A stretch of DNA of 64,000 nucleotides from Chrysomallon squamiferum (GCA_012295275.1 CM022671.1:33542001-33606000); one strand, 5' to 3'. Positions 46,428-59,982 are shown, counted from the stretch's first letter. The notes: generated by a model not told the origin, from the letters alone. A program made the numbers and translations.

Positions 46428-47739
46428 TTAATTTGTCTTGGCATCTTTCGTAATCTTTCGTCTGATAACGCCTCCTTGTAAGATATTTACTGCCAGTTTG
46501 ACCTGTTCTTGGAGATCATGAACAGACTGTTCCACCGTTTCTGTTCTGTGTTCTAAGAACAACAAGATCTGAAGCAAAAGACTACGCTGAGGGATGGCTA
46601 CAATAGGATCTGAAATTGACAAAACATTCATTATTAATATGGTACTGAATATTTTACATTTTGTCTACTTTTGAGATTTACATAAACTTCTCTTTGAGTT
46701 ACTTTAACTATATCATACAATACAATGTGTATGCATATATGTGTGTATATATATATGTATATATACATACATACATACATACATATACATATATATATAT
46801 ATATAATTTTGGCTGTTTTTCATAATATCATAACGTCCATAATATTTTGAATTTTAAGGATCTGGTAATTGTGTGAATTATTGTGTGTTCTATTTTTAAT
46901 GTTACGGAGTTTAAACATAAAAATAGCTTAATTTATTTTAAATTTCGATGTTTATAGGCTCTCCTTCCTTATTTATCAGTTAGAAACTGTTTTTTAGTTT
47001 TACTTACTAGATGTAGGCATTTGTTTGCACACACAAACTGGACAACCATACGTATCTTGACTGCAAAACATAATAATCAAAACAACAACAACAACAACAA
47101 CAACACAGCTGTCAATGAAAGCAACTGATAGATTTTGCTAAAATGTATGTTACTAAAAGAATACTGATTTAAACCACGTTCTAGAAAAGATTCTTCAAGA
47201 TGTATTAATTTTTATTATAACTAAAAATTAATTCATTTCTTGAGCTCGTAAAAAATTCACTTTACTTATCTAAGGTTTCGTTTTGTACCACTTTCATGAA
47301 CTGAAAGATTATTTATTATTGATTTGTAAAGCTGAATTTTCATTTGATATGAATCGCTGTAAGACTGTATAAATATGGCACCTGTAATAAAAGCCGTATT
47401 GGCAGTTGCAAAACACAGTGGTGCAATGCTTCTCGCGAACCAGCAGGTATTTCAGGTAGAATCCCTGCTTAGTAGCCGACCCATCAGAATAGAAATAAAA
47501 ATAGAGTCTCCCGTCTGTTATTTGATGACGTTCAACTGAAAACGACAAACAAACCAGTACTCCACAAAATCGTACATTTAAACATAAGTAAACATATCTG
47601 AATAAAAACTGAGGCACAAATATAAACGTATACATATAAATACACACACACACACAGAAAGACACATACGTACATTCACAGTCTGGTTCTTGTTCTTTTT
47701 TTCTTCTTTTTTTATATATTCTTTTATATTTCTCTCTCT

Positions 47740-47822
<83 letters not shown>

Positions 47823-48147
47823 AATGATTACTTACTTTTCATCACGCCGTTACCATTGGGTAACGATGTTCCGCACAGTGGGTGAGGCAGTGCACTGACG
47901 TAGAGACCGTCGCATGTACACGCACTGCCGCATTCCTCAATATCAAACGTCGTGAACGTCAGCTCGACGTATTGCACGTCAGACGGAACGTAGATGGAGG
48001 TCAGATATTTCGCCGATTCATTTCTGTAGCCATCACCATAACTATTTGGATAGTTAGATGGATAATCTGGAGATGTAATCACACCTCTGTTTCCATAGAC
48101 AGGAGTAACGTCTAGAAAATGGATTAGAAAATATTATATAAAAAATA

Positions 48148-48237
<90 letters not shown>

Positions 48238-50172
48238 AATAATCACAATTAAAATTGATAAAACAAAAATAACAATAAAAAAAATTGGAAAAACAAAAGA
48301 CAAAAAAAACCCAAAGAAATACAAAACAAGAAAAAAACCTTTAAAGTGCTATATAGAAGTTACTACTATTGCTTTATCATTATCATTACTACTACTACTA
48401 CTGCTACTACTAATATTACTACTAGCAACTATCCAACAAAATCACTAAACATACAAAAACAAACAAACAACAAACAAAAGAACAAACAAATGAAAAAATA
48501 AATAGAATAGAATAGAATAAAATAAAATAAAATAAAATAAAATGAAAACAAAACAAAACAAAACAAAATAAATAAATAAATAAAAATAAATAATCAGATT
48601 GTAATAAACATAGCCAGACAGATGTGCAGAGAGGCATAGAGAGAGAGATAAATAGTTACAATAAAATAAAATGTTGATTCTTAACTGTAATCGCAAATCA
48701 TTTTATCCTGATTTCAGTGATGAAGAAATCAAGGTAACCAATCAAATAGATCCAAAGTTTTGAATTTCTTAAGATTTAATGTTTTGGTGCCGTTTGAAGA
48801 AATGTCGATTTTTAAGGGCCCGTTCTGAAGCGAGATTGTCTCTGACAAAGTTTCTCTCATGATCTATCATAATATGTATTCCAAATAATCAGTCTAATTT
48901 ATTTTTTTCATAACTCCGCAAAGATTATTTACATTATTATGTTAAGCCAAAGTTGATAAAATTATTCTTTTAAAAATTCATATCTTCACTTCTACTTGTA
49001 CTGCGTAGTCTTTAAACCAAATTAATCAGAATGAAAAGATCTAGATGATGAAAAGCAAGTAAAACGGAAAAATTTGAAAATTAGAAATGATATTTTTAAG
49101 GTTGGTCCATCTCTATCTCTCTTTTTCTTTCATTCTTTTTTTTTTAATTTGTTTTTTAATTTTTAATTAATTTTGTTTTAACCAGTGATAGAAAAAGCTA
49201 TATAATAATAAAGATAACCTGCTAAACACTTAACACTGATAATGTATTAAGAACATTTGGACTAGTAGCTACAGACATACTTACAAAAGTTACACATAGT
49301 GTTTGGTGATGTGAACGTAGAAGCTGAATTTCACTTGGATAAGAGATTTAAGAAGTGACTTTTGAAAAGATATCGGACCAAAGACAGACTGCATAAGAAA
49401 CCAGAGTGACCTATGACATTATTTGTTATGTAAGTTTCAAACATAGCAATGTCACTTTTTCCGACATTCCATCATCAGTTCTAATATTATTTCCAACGCA
49501 CTGCAAGGTCTTTTTCAAATCAGGTATTGTTTTAAGGGATCTGTTGCTCTCAAATGATCAAAATACTTTGCATTAAGATGGCAATAACTTTGGTGTTAGA
49601 TACACAAATGAAACAAAGCTATCGAACTTCTGTTTGCTCGTGGCTGCTTACATGAAGAAAGATCTAAGAGTTAAACCCCTGAACGTAAAAAAGTAGGGTA
49701 TTAACTAAGTTAGCGACATTCGACCTTAGACCTATAACAAGATGGCGGCTATCTGACTGTAATTAAATGTGGCTTTTTTTCCCCACAATATGAAGTAAAA
49801 GACATTCAGCAAACACAAAAATAAAACTTTTAATATTCCATTCGTGCAGTTTTTATTCAGATATGACGTTAAATAAAGAACAAATCAAACGTTCGAATCA
49901 GTTCGGCGGACCACAAGTACAGGCACTTTGGGGGGGAGTTACCAGGTTAGAGAAGGCAGTTATATATATGAGACAAATAAAAAGATGAATTTCTTTACCG
50001 TAAGGAACAGTGTATCTAGGAAAATGTGGTATTCTGGACTGTAACAGAATATAAGAAATATGTATTTACAAATATACACTCACAAATATACATACAGATA
50101 TAAATATATATCGCAAAAACATATCTTTATTTATATTTATATGGGATTAATTGTAACGATGAAGATAAATAA

Positions 50173-50223
<51 letters not shown>

Positions 50224-50401
50224 TACAACTGTGGTAATTGAAATACTAAATAAAAATAAATAGATGAATGAATATATAATGAAAATAAAAATAATGAAAT
50301 AGTAAATAAATAAATAAATAAATAAATACCGTATAATAAGAATATCCACAGGCATTTTCTATGATCACGACAAGATATACAAAAATTAGATGACTTCTCA
50401 T
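46428..50401 (-). CDS. Secreted CUB + antistasin-like + coiled-coil protein, paralog A (~258 aa, 6 exons)
   Basis: Exons 50401-50330 (MRSHLIFVYLVVIIENACG, signal peptide), 50038-49999, 48111-47836, 47535-47382, 47060-47008, 46609-46428. CUB motifs GVITSPDYPSNYP, FTTFDIE, LCG, FYSD...GF. Cys module CTTVFCNCQYGFYYSQDTYGCPVCVC. Heptad tail LEHRTETVEQSVHDLQEQV. Confidence 0.88.
47743..47820. repeat. (CT)n microsatellite
   Basis: Perfect run in intron 3 of paralog A. Confidence 0.95.
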
Positions 50402-51294
50402 GATTGAAATCTGTGAGTTAACCAAATGAGCTAATTTTCTGTTATCAACATTTATATACCTTTGAAGAAGTAAATATCTGTGATTCTTAGATACAGCAGA
50501 GTGGCATATAGTGCTAATATAAACAGAATAAACAATATTAATTATGACATATTTTATTACTAGAAGATAAACGTTTAGAGTGTTCTTGTTAAAGTTTTTA
50601 GTATTGGTGGTGAATGATAAGATGGGTGTGAAAGTGAGAAAGAGAGAGATACAGACAGACAGAGAAAGAGAAACGGATAGACGGAGCGAGAATGAGACAG
50701 TGTGTGTGCATGTGTGTGTGTGTGTGCTTGTATGCAGCAGAGAGAGAGAGAAGGGGAGGAGGGGGAGAGAGAAGAGGGAGAGAGAGAGAGAGATGGTAAA
50801 GGAACACATATGGAAATGGAAACTTGTTGCCCCTAGTACATCTTTTATTATTCTTATATTATAATAAGGGATCCAACATATATCAAATAGGAAACCATGT
50901 ATCTATTACAGTTTAGCGAAAACGGTGATAGGACTATGGCTAAAAGAGACACATGCTTTGAGCTTTTTGCCATTAATATTTAAAAACAAATAAACATTAA
51001 TATTTGAAGTGGTTCTGTTCAAATATCATTCATTATCATCTATTACGCTGGATCATTCATGGGCCAGTTTCTAATTTAATTTACTATGGTAAAGCGATTC
51101 AGCCGAAAACGTTATAATTAAATTTGTAAGATTTAGTAATAAAAAACAAGCTAATTATCAAACACAACTAAACTGAATGAAATACAAAAAATTTATTTTA
51201 AATACTGATGTTCACAGCGTGATTGGTCACAATGTTTTACAAGAATGAAAAGTTTATTTTAGATGTTTATTTTCTCTTTTTATTTCATTTTTAT

Positions 51295-51584
51295 TTATCG
51301 TGTGTTGCCGCCATTTTCAAAGGCTTTTAAAACGACTGCGAGTTGTTCCTGAAAATTGCGAACGTCAGATTCCAAAGTTTGTGCTCGATGCTGCAGATTC
51401 CTCAAAATCTGAAGTATTAGACCGTTTTGTGGAACTGAAGGAAAAATAAGAAAAAAATAATAATAACGTAAGTAAACTGAATATTCGGGTAAATAAATAA
51501 ATTCATAAATAAATAAATAAATAAAAAAGTAATAACAAGAACATTACTACTATTACTACTAATAATAGTAATAATAAAAATAAC

Positions 51585-51625
<41 letters not shown>

Positions 51626-51734
51626 TGATGATGATGATGATGATGATAATTCCTATCACATTAGTGTTTAAAAATCAAAAAACAAATAAATAAATAAATA
51701 AACATTGGGAAATAATATATATATATTATTTTTA

Positions 51735-51815
<81 letters not shown>

Positions 51816-53210
51816 TTGTAAATTACACTGAGTTCTTGTTCAACAAATTAACATTATTTCTTTCTTAACGTTAAATCATGGTTTAAATATGTATTTGTTG
51901 TTACAAAAATACTAACGGAAGGTTGTTGAAGGGGCTGGGTGACATTTGCAAACCGGACATCCCGACACATCTCGACTGTAAAACAAAATACATTGTTATC
52001 AGACGATTATCACTGTTCAGAATATTTATACTTTTTCCTTCAAACCATTATCTATCATTTCTACGTTCCTAGGATCAAAAGAAAGTTTATTTAAAAATTA
52101 TGGACAGGCACAATGTCTACCAATGTGATAAATACATTTATTAGAATTAAGTATGGGTTTTGTGCGTATTTGTGTGTGTGTTTGTGTATGTATGCGCGTG
52201 TGTGCGTTTATGTATGTATAAGAGTGTGCGCGTTCGTGCTTGTGTGTGCGTGAATTTGTGTGTATGTGTCTGCCGGTGTGTCTATGTTTCTGTTTTTCTA
52301 TCTGTGAAGCTAATAAATAAACTTTGCTGTTCTTATTTCGTTACAGATTTGAAAAGACTCAGTCTGTATGATTTGTACAACACAGATGCATCACCTGTAA
52401 AATGAACCGTGAGGACAATAGGGACATGTCACATAGCGGCACGTTGTCATTGACGTCGTTCGGATAAACTGGTACTTGAGATAAAAGCCTTGTCCAGACG
52501 TGTAGGCGTTAGAATAGAAAGAAAAATAGATCTTTCCGTTTTTCAGCTCATGCTTGTCAACTGTCAAACCAAAACGAGATTAATTAATGAACGAACGAGT
52601 GATATATAAATCAGAATGAAATTAAATTAAATTAATAAAATGAACATTAAGAAAGATAATTAATAACAAAAAAAGGAAAATAAAATTAAAAAAATATATA
52701 TATTAAAACAAAATATTATCAATGAAAACAACCACAGCAAGAACAACAAATAAAACAATAAAACAATAAATAAACAAATAAATAAATAAATAAATAAAAT
52801 AAGCATAATAAAAAAGATAATTATATAAATATAAAAGAAAGAAAGAAAATAAGCGTAATAAATAAATAAATAAAAAAATAAATAAATAAATAAACCAAAC
52901 ACTTACTTTTATTACGCCGTCTCCGTTTGGCAGAGAGCGACCGCAAAACGGTCGAGGAAAGGCGCTGATGTAAAGACCATCGCAGGTACACGTGGATCCT
53001 CCACACTCTTCAATGTCAAACGTCGTGAACTGCAGCTCCACGTACAACACATCACTGGGAACCGCTATGGATGCTATGTACCCAGCGGTGAAGTTGCTGT
53101 ACTGGTCGTGGTAGTTGTGTGGGTACACATTCGGGTAATTCGGCGACGTAATTGTCCCAGTGACTTGTGTCAGAGGAGAATTTCCTGTTGATAAAATAAA
53201 TTAAATATTT

Positions 53211-53288
<78 letters not shown>

Positions 53289-53501
53289 ATATTTTTGTCT
53301 GCCTGGCTGACTATCTCACTACGTACCTCCACGTACCTGTTTGTCTGACTGTCTGTCTGCATGTCTGTACAAAATATGTATTTGTTTGTCTTCCCTTCTA
53401 ATAATTATTACTATCTGCTTATCTGTTTGTCTCTGTATCTGTGTTTCTGTCTCTCTGTATTTGTTCTATGCCTGTATGATTTTGTATATGCATATGCATA
53501 T

Positions 53502-53548
<47 letters not shown>

Positions 53549-53689
53549 CCATGACTTATTTTTACTGTTTAATTGTTGTATTACACAACTGTTGATGGAT
53601 TTAACACGTAAAAAATGAGTTAATATCCTTAACTTACCAGGAGGTACAGTCGTAAGCATAAAGTATGTGTCACCCTGAAAAAGAAAAGA

Positions 53690-53725
<36 letters not shown>

Positions 53726-53808
53726 TGTTTGTTATTCTTAAAATGAAAATAGTTTTCAATTTCTTGTTTTTTTTCTGAATGTAAACCAGCAGATATGCAC
53801 TAAAGAAG

Positions 53809-53840
<32 letters not shown>

Positions 53841-54101
53841 ACTACACATATATGTATGTAAATAACAAATAATGTATCGAAATAAATATAGTTCCGCCCC
53901 AAAACACTGTATTTTTGTCATTACCCGAAAATACAGAAATTTATCTATTTATCATATCTTACCACTACGTATAGTGAGTGCACTATCTTTATAATGATGT
54001 GTTTGTATCTGTAAATGTGTATATTGAGAAATATATACCTGAGTTCCGCTAAACTTTAAAGCGATCAAAAGAAAAAATACAAAATGTATATATCGAGCCA
54101 T
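51295..54101 (-). CDS. Secreted CUB + antistasin-like + coiled-coil protein, paralog B (~247 aa, 6 exons; exon 3 is 1 nt short)
   Basis: Exons 54101-54039 (MARYIHFVFFLLIALKFSGTQ), 53674-53638, 53184-52907, 52560-52395, 51975-51917, 51434-51295. Cys module CRYVTCPYCPHGSFYSRDVSGCPVCKC. Tail LQHRAQTLESDVRNFQEQL. Exon 3 ends in phase 0 whereas paralogs A and C end in phase 1. Confidence 0.82.
53214..53284. repeat. (CT)n microsatellite
   Basis: Perfect run in intron 2 of paralog B. Confidence 0.95.
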
Positions 54102-54132
54102 CGTGAAAAGTTTAAAAAATATTTACCGTTCG

Positions 54133-55000
54133 TAATATTTATACCTTTCCACCTCAAACCATTATCTACCATATTTACGTTTCTAGGAGGTGCGTACATA
54201 AATTTATCATCAAACCAAAGTTTGTTTAAACATTCTGAACAGATACAATGTTTACCAAACTGATAAATATATTTATTAGAATTTACAGTTTGACGAATAG
54301 AGTAAATATCTTTTCTAAACTTCCTAGTCATTGCTTTTTTTTTTTTCTTCTTAAAGTGCACCTATGGTGCCTATAATAATTAAGTAAAATATATTTTGTA
54401 AAAATCTGATTTTAAAATTTTCTTTCATATTAATGTTTATTTTTGATGTTAACAGATGCATTTTATACATTTCCAATTGGTAGATTTTTTTATTATTTAT
54501 TTATTTATTGCTAAAGATACACGGGGAAATGGTTATAGTTCGAAATATTATTTTACTACTTTTAGTTATAATAAGTATCTGCATTCGACTATAATAAAGA
54601 TCGATAGTTTATTGAAGTAAGTGTTTACAGTTTTTTCTAGTAAAAATCTTAAGTTTGTTCTAGTCAGTGTCTTCAACTGACTATTAAATGTCTACAACTG
54701 ATTTTAGTAGATATCTGCAGTGAACTAACAAACTTCTGCAGGTGGATCTTGTAAATTTTTAGTTTGTCCTAGTAAATGTGTTGTTTAAATAATATTTCTT
54801 TTTCTCTGACACGTGACTTCTAAACACATAATTGAATAAATAAATAAATACAGTAAGCAAAAAAATTAAAAATTAATAATTTTAATATCAAAAACATTTA
54901 CATTTATTATTATTATTATTATTAAACTGGTACTTGAAATACAGCGCTTTCGTATAGGCGTTAGTTGAGAGTTAACATATAAATCAGAATGAAATTAAAC
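54133..55000 (-). pseudogene. Decayed partial duplicate of paralog B (intron 4, exon 4 and intron 3 fragments)
   Basis: 54133-54282 matches 52020-52149. 54923-54964 (TAAACTGGTACTTGA...TAGGCGTTAG) matches exon-4 sequence 52465-52512. 54977-54999 (ATATAAATCAGAATGAAATTAAA) matches 52604-52626. Order and orientation are the same. Confidence 0.65.
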
Positions 55001-56205
55001 TGAACTGAAATAAACTGAATTAAACTGAATTATTAAAGTAAATATTATCAAATAAAATGTATTACAATAAAGAGAAAAAGAAGAAAATATATGTTTTCGT
55101 ATATATGTGTAAACTCATTTCTAAAACGTAGGCAAAATAAACAAGTTAATTAACTAGCTGTTCTTTTTGAAGTCTGTTGACATAACAAAAGTCCTGTAGC
55201 CCTGTTTATTCTCAATGTCCCGGATGTCTTGATACTTGAGTTCACATCATTAGTTCACATAACTTTATTGTCAGTGGTGAAAAATGCACTTATGTTCGAA
55301 AAGTGGTTCACATTTACAGAAGTGCATTCGACTCATCCTGTTTGTTTTTTTTAACCTCAACTCACCTTCGGTCCAAGGTTATTTAGTAATCTTTGTTACA
55401 TTTTTCTTGATGGCATTTTGCACGTTCGTAGAAATTTAAGTTATTTTATATGACTTTAATTCATTCATTTATTTTGATGATTTTGTTAGGTTTTTTTTGC
55501 TCACTGATTTTTGTTGTTTATTTTAAAGTTTAAAACAAAGATCTGGAGAAACAACAGCATCATCAACAACAAAAATAAATAAATAAATAAATAAATAAAT
55601 AAAATGCTAAGAGCGAACGACATAATGAAAAAAGAAAAAAAACAAAAACAAAAAAAAAAGAACTTATACAGTTTATAAATAATATAATTTTCAGTGATCA
55701 AAAAATTTATATTTAGCGATAACTTACATATTTTTTATTTATTTTATTTTTTATATAATAATTATACAGCTGCTATTGGAGCATTGTTATATTGTCCATC
55801 GCATCCAATATTGTGGTGTAAGCACACGTTAATACTAACGTTCATAGTTAAATAACTATCTCTTTGAACTCAGTCGAAGCCAGTGAAGCGGATTTACATT
55901 CGCACATGATCATCATGCCAGTCGTAAAAATAAACTGTTTTTGTTCTGATTCTTTAATAACTGGATTTGAATTATGAAAGAATATATCACAGTGTTTGAT
56001 GCACTGAACGTTTGCACAACTTTCTGATAGGCCCATAATTCTTGATTCATAAGAAATTTCCGTATCTTTGCATCTAAAATTTCAGTTAAGGTATTTTCAA
56101 TATATTTGTTTTTGTTTGTTTGGTTTGATGTTTTTTTTATAGGTTTTGTACTGTTGTTGTTGTTGTTGTTACTATTGTTGTTCTTCTTCTTTTTCTTCGT
56201 CTTAA

Positions 56206-56265
<60 letters not shown>

Positions 56266-57045
56266 CAACTTAAGCTGTTTAATAACACAGACATTGAAAT
56301 GTAGATCTTGTATTGCCTGGATGTTATAAAACACGTCTTAGCTTTCATCCGGTTTGAGTTTGTGGATCTTGGGTGGGGGGGGAATTAATAGGAATTTAAA
56401 AAATAATAATTAAATAGATAACAAGTTAAAAATAAATAAATAAATAAATTTAAAAAAATAGTAAAAACAAAAATTTTAAATATAAAAAATAAATAATTTT
56501 AATTGGTACATAGGGTTCATCTCCTTTTATTTTTAAACATATAAAATATTCTTTAATGAGATGATACAAATATATGTGTATGTGTGTATGTTTAGAACCT
56601 GTAACCGCATGTTTATTCATTTATGTTCTACATTTTCAAACACTATCAGCATGAGACTGCATTAACAGATTTCAATATCGGGCCGTCGGCGGACTTTTAT
56701 ATGGTAAAACTAACAAACACTGAAACTCAGTGTTGAAAATCTCTTTTCTAGCCGCTGTTGAGCTTCTAGCAGAAACTTCTAGCAGGTTCGTCGTAAGGAA
56801 ACGTTTTGACTGATGACAGCCGCTCATGACCAAACATCAGCTGAAAATGGTCCGCTATCGCATGTTGATACGTATAATTATTAAAAATATACATTTATAA
56901 AGAAAAAAAAAAAAAATTCATGCAGGTTTATTTTTATTCTTCTATAGTCTGAGGTGACTGTTACACGTAACGTCCAAATTATTGTTCAGATTAATTCAAA
57001 GATGATTTAGAATTTATTTTTCTCTCTTGTTTCTCTTTTGAAATA

Positions 57046-57525
57046 CTATCGTCTTGAAGAACCACGTTTCAGAATGGCGTCGAGTGCCATTTTTAATTCT
57101 TCTTGAAGGTCGTGGGCTGAATTCTGCAGAGTTTCCGCTCTGTGCTCCAAATTGCTAAGCATCTGAAGCAAGTAAGTATTCTTGGTATCTGAAATACATA
57201 TAAAATCACCATGAAAAACAGAAGTTAAATAATAAAATGCAGAAAAAGTAAACTATATCAATTTCTTTAAAGATATATTCTCGTTCACACTGAAGTAAAT
57301 GAATAAATCCATACACTGATCCATTCATTCGTCTATTAATCCATCCATCCATCTGTTTTGTTTCACTTTTTTTTTCTATATAAACATGTGTTTTATGAAT
57401 GATTAAGAACAATACATTATAAAAGGTTTTATGAAAACGTTTCAGTTTGGAAATGTACTAACCAGGTGTTGTTGGGTACGCAGTGTGGCAGCTGCAAATT
57501 AAACATCCGTACATGTCCCGACTGA

Positions 57526-57581
<56 letters not shown>

Positions 57582-57591
57582 TGATGATGAC

Positions 57592-57624
<33 letters not shown>

Positions 57625-57988
57625 AAATAAATAATGTTCATATTTATGATATATTTGTAACACTAAAATACACTCTTTATTATTTCAACAGAGACGAACA
57701 AGATTTGTATGGGTTATGATGACTGATATATTGAGAACATTTACACATTTTTCTGATACATTTTTATGACATACCTGTAGTATGAACCGTATGAACAATA
57801 CGAACACGTTGAAGTGCCACAAGTGTGCGAGGTTTGCTGAGAACCACGTATCAGTCGATATGTTAAATAGAAACCTGTTCCTGTGTTAGAGAGGTCTGAG
57901 TAGAAATAAAATGACAAAATTTGGTTTTTTATTTGATGTCGGTCAACTGAAAAGAAAAAAAATCAAGAATAATACTACCTTTAAAAAC

Positions 57989-58079
<91 letters not shown>

Positions 58080-59401
58080 TTAATGGATACAAAATTCTCT
58101 AAATAAAATAAAACAGAAAATAAATAAATAAATAAATTAATTAATTAAAATATATAAAATAATAAAAACAGTAGTGGTAGCTGTAGTTTTAATACTAATA
58201 TTAGTATTAGTTCTAGTATTAGTATTTAAATTATTATTATTGGTATATATAGTAGTAAATAAAAAAACAATAATAAAGATAATAAGAAGCTTATAAATTA
58301 CTGTTCAAATGAACAACGAAAATATAATAATAAGAAGAAGAAGAAGAAAAAGAAGAAGAATGGCTACTCTTTTGGAGGCTGCGTTTTCATGCAATGACAT
58401 TATTATTATTATAATTATTAGTAGTATACGTTTAGAAAAATGACTTACTTTTCAATACTCCATCACCATTCGGCAGTGAACTTCCACACAGAGGCTTTGA
58501 CAGTGCGCTGATGTAGATACCATCACAAGTACAATCTGTTCCACCACAATCTTCTATATCAAATATCGTGAATCGTAGTTCTACGTACTGAACATCGGAA
58601 GGTACTCTGATCGATCCCATGTAGCCGTTTTTGCCTCCGGTGACGTTCGATGATGAACTCCAGTAATAATTTGGATAATTGGATGGATAATTCGGTGATG
58701 CAATTGAACCTGTATTTTGATAGGCTGGAGAGTAGGCTAGAAATATGAACAATAATTATTAATCACAAGATTATGCAAAAGTTTCTTTTACTTTTTTTTT
58801 TCTTTCTATTTTTGTATTTGCATATCCTGAAAGAATCAAAACGCTTGCTTAACACAAACATATGCACACACCTACTAATATTCTCGCATGAACAAAAGAA
58901 GCCAAACTAATACTGTTCAATATAATTTATATAAAAAAATAATAATAAAATAATATAAAAATCAAATAAATATTTCGTTTCTTACAAGGAGGTATTCCAG
59001 TGGGGACAAAGGGAAGACGAGCCTGAAATAAGAAAAGCAATGACATACAGCACTTTTCCTTTCGTAAAAATTTAACAAATCAGATTAAATTAAGCAATAT
59101 AAATTAATTCTCTTCTTTTTTCTTTCATTATACATGCTCCATATACATATTTTGATACATCTGGACCACTTATACATCCGTTTTTCCTTCCATCTTTTAT
59201 TTCATTTAACCGTCTGATTATTCATCAGAATTTACATACATGCTTACATTCTGAAAAAAACAACACCTCTCTAAACTTGTTATAGCGATTTATATTATAT
59301 AACAATATATAATTTAAAGAGTTTAGGTACATTTAAGTAATTACCTGTGTCTGTTTGGTGATAATGGTCAGAAAAACTACACAAACGATGAGTCGATTCA
59401 T
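57046..59401 (-). CDS. Secreted CUB + antistasin-like + coiled-coil protein, paralog C (~251 aa, 6 exons)
   Basis: Exons 59401-59345 (MNRLIVCVVFLTIITKQTQ), 59022-58986, 58736-58449, 57946-57775, 57521-57463, 57188-57046, all phase-consistent. Cys module CGTSTCSYCSYGSYYSRDMYGCLICSC. Tail LEHRAETLQNSAHDLQEEL. Confidence 0.88.
57992..58076. repeat. (AG)n microsatellite
   Basis: Perfect run in intron 3 of paralog C. Confidence 0.95.
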
Positions 59402-59464
59402 GATGAAATATTTTCGGTTTTCCTGAAGACAAAACGTCTTTGTATTTTGTCTTGTGTCTTGCCA

Positions 59465-59472
59465 TTTATATA
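59465..59472 (-). promoter_or_regulatory. TATA box of paralog C
   Basis: TATATAAA on the minus strand about 65 nt upstream of the ATG at 59401. Confidence 0.5.
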
Positions 59473-59921
59473 CAAAACAGGAGCAAAGAACGTTACTGGA
59501 ATAATCGTGTTACTAGGCTATAAATGCATTCGGTGTTATATCACTAAGAATATAACGCTTATCTAAAAGAAAGTTTTCATATTTACATTTGACGCCACAA
59601 AAAGAACTTTTGTCTCACGCTTTGTTGTGTGTGTGTGTGTAGAAATAATATTACAAAAAAATATATATCCACAGAAATAAATCATTCGCTAACACAGAAG
59701 CAGACAGAGAAAACATGCACAAAGTGGTATATAAAACAACAAATTAGCGAAAATAGAAAAAGGTACCTGAAAATAAAATAAATAAATTAAATAACATGAT
59801 CTGCTGTCAGTCGTATGTTTCCTTCAGTGAGAATCGATCCTGTGTCCAATGATGCCACAGTCCTTTTCTCCAAACATAGAATCACTGTCTGCTATCATAT
59901 TATGGTAACCTACTGTTATAT

Positions 59922-59982
<61 letters not shown>

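Noticed and set aside
55366-55416. Candidate first exon of paralog B (donor AAG|GTGAG)
   Set aside because: Its ATG frame stops within a few codons. The signal-peptide exon at 54101-54039 fits the paralogs. It could still be a UTR exon.
46428-59401. Single cubilin/tolloid-like multi-CUB gene
   Set aside because: Each unit has its own signal-peptide exon and its own terminal exon with a stop codon.
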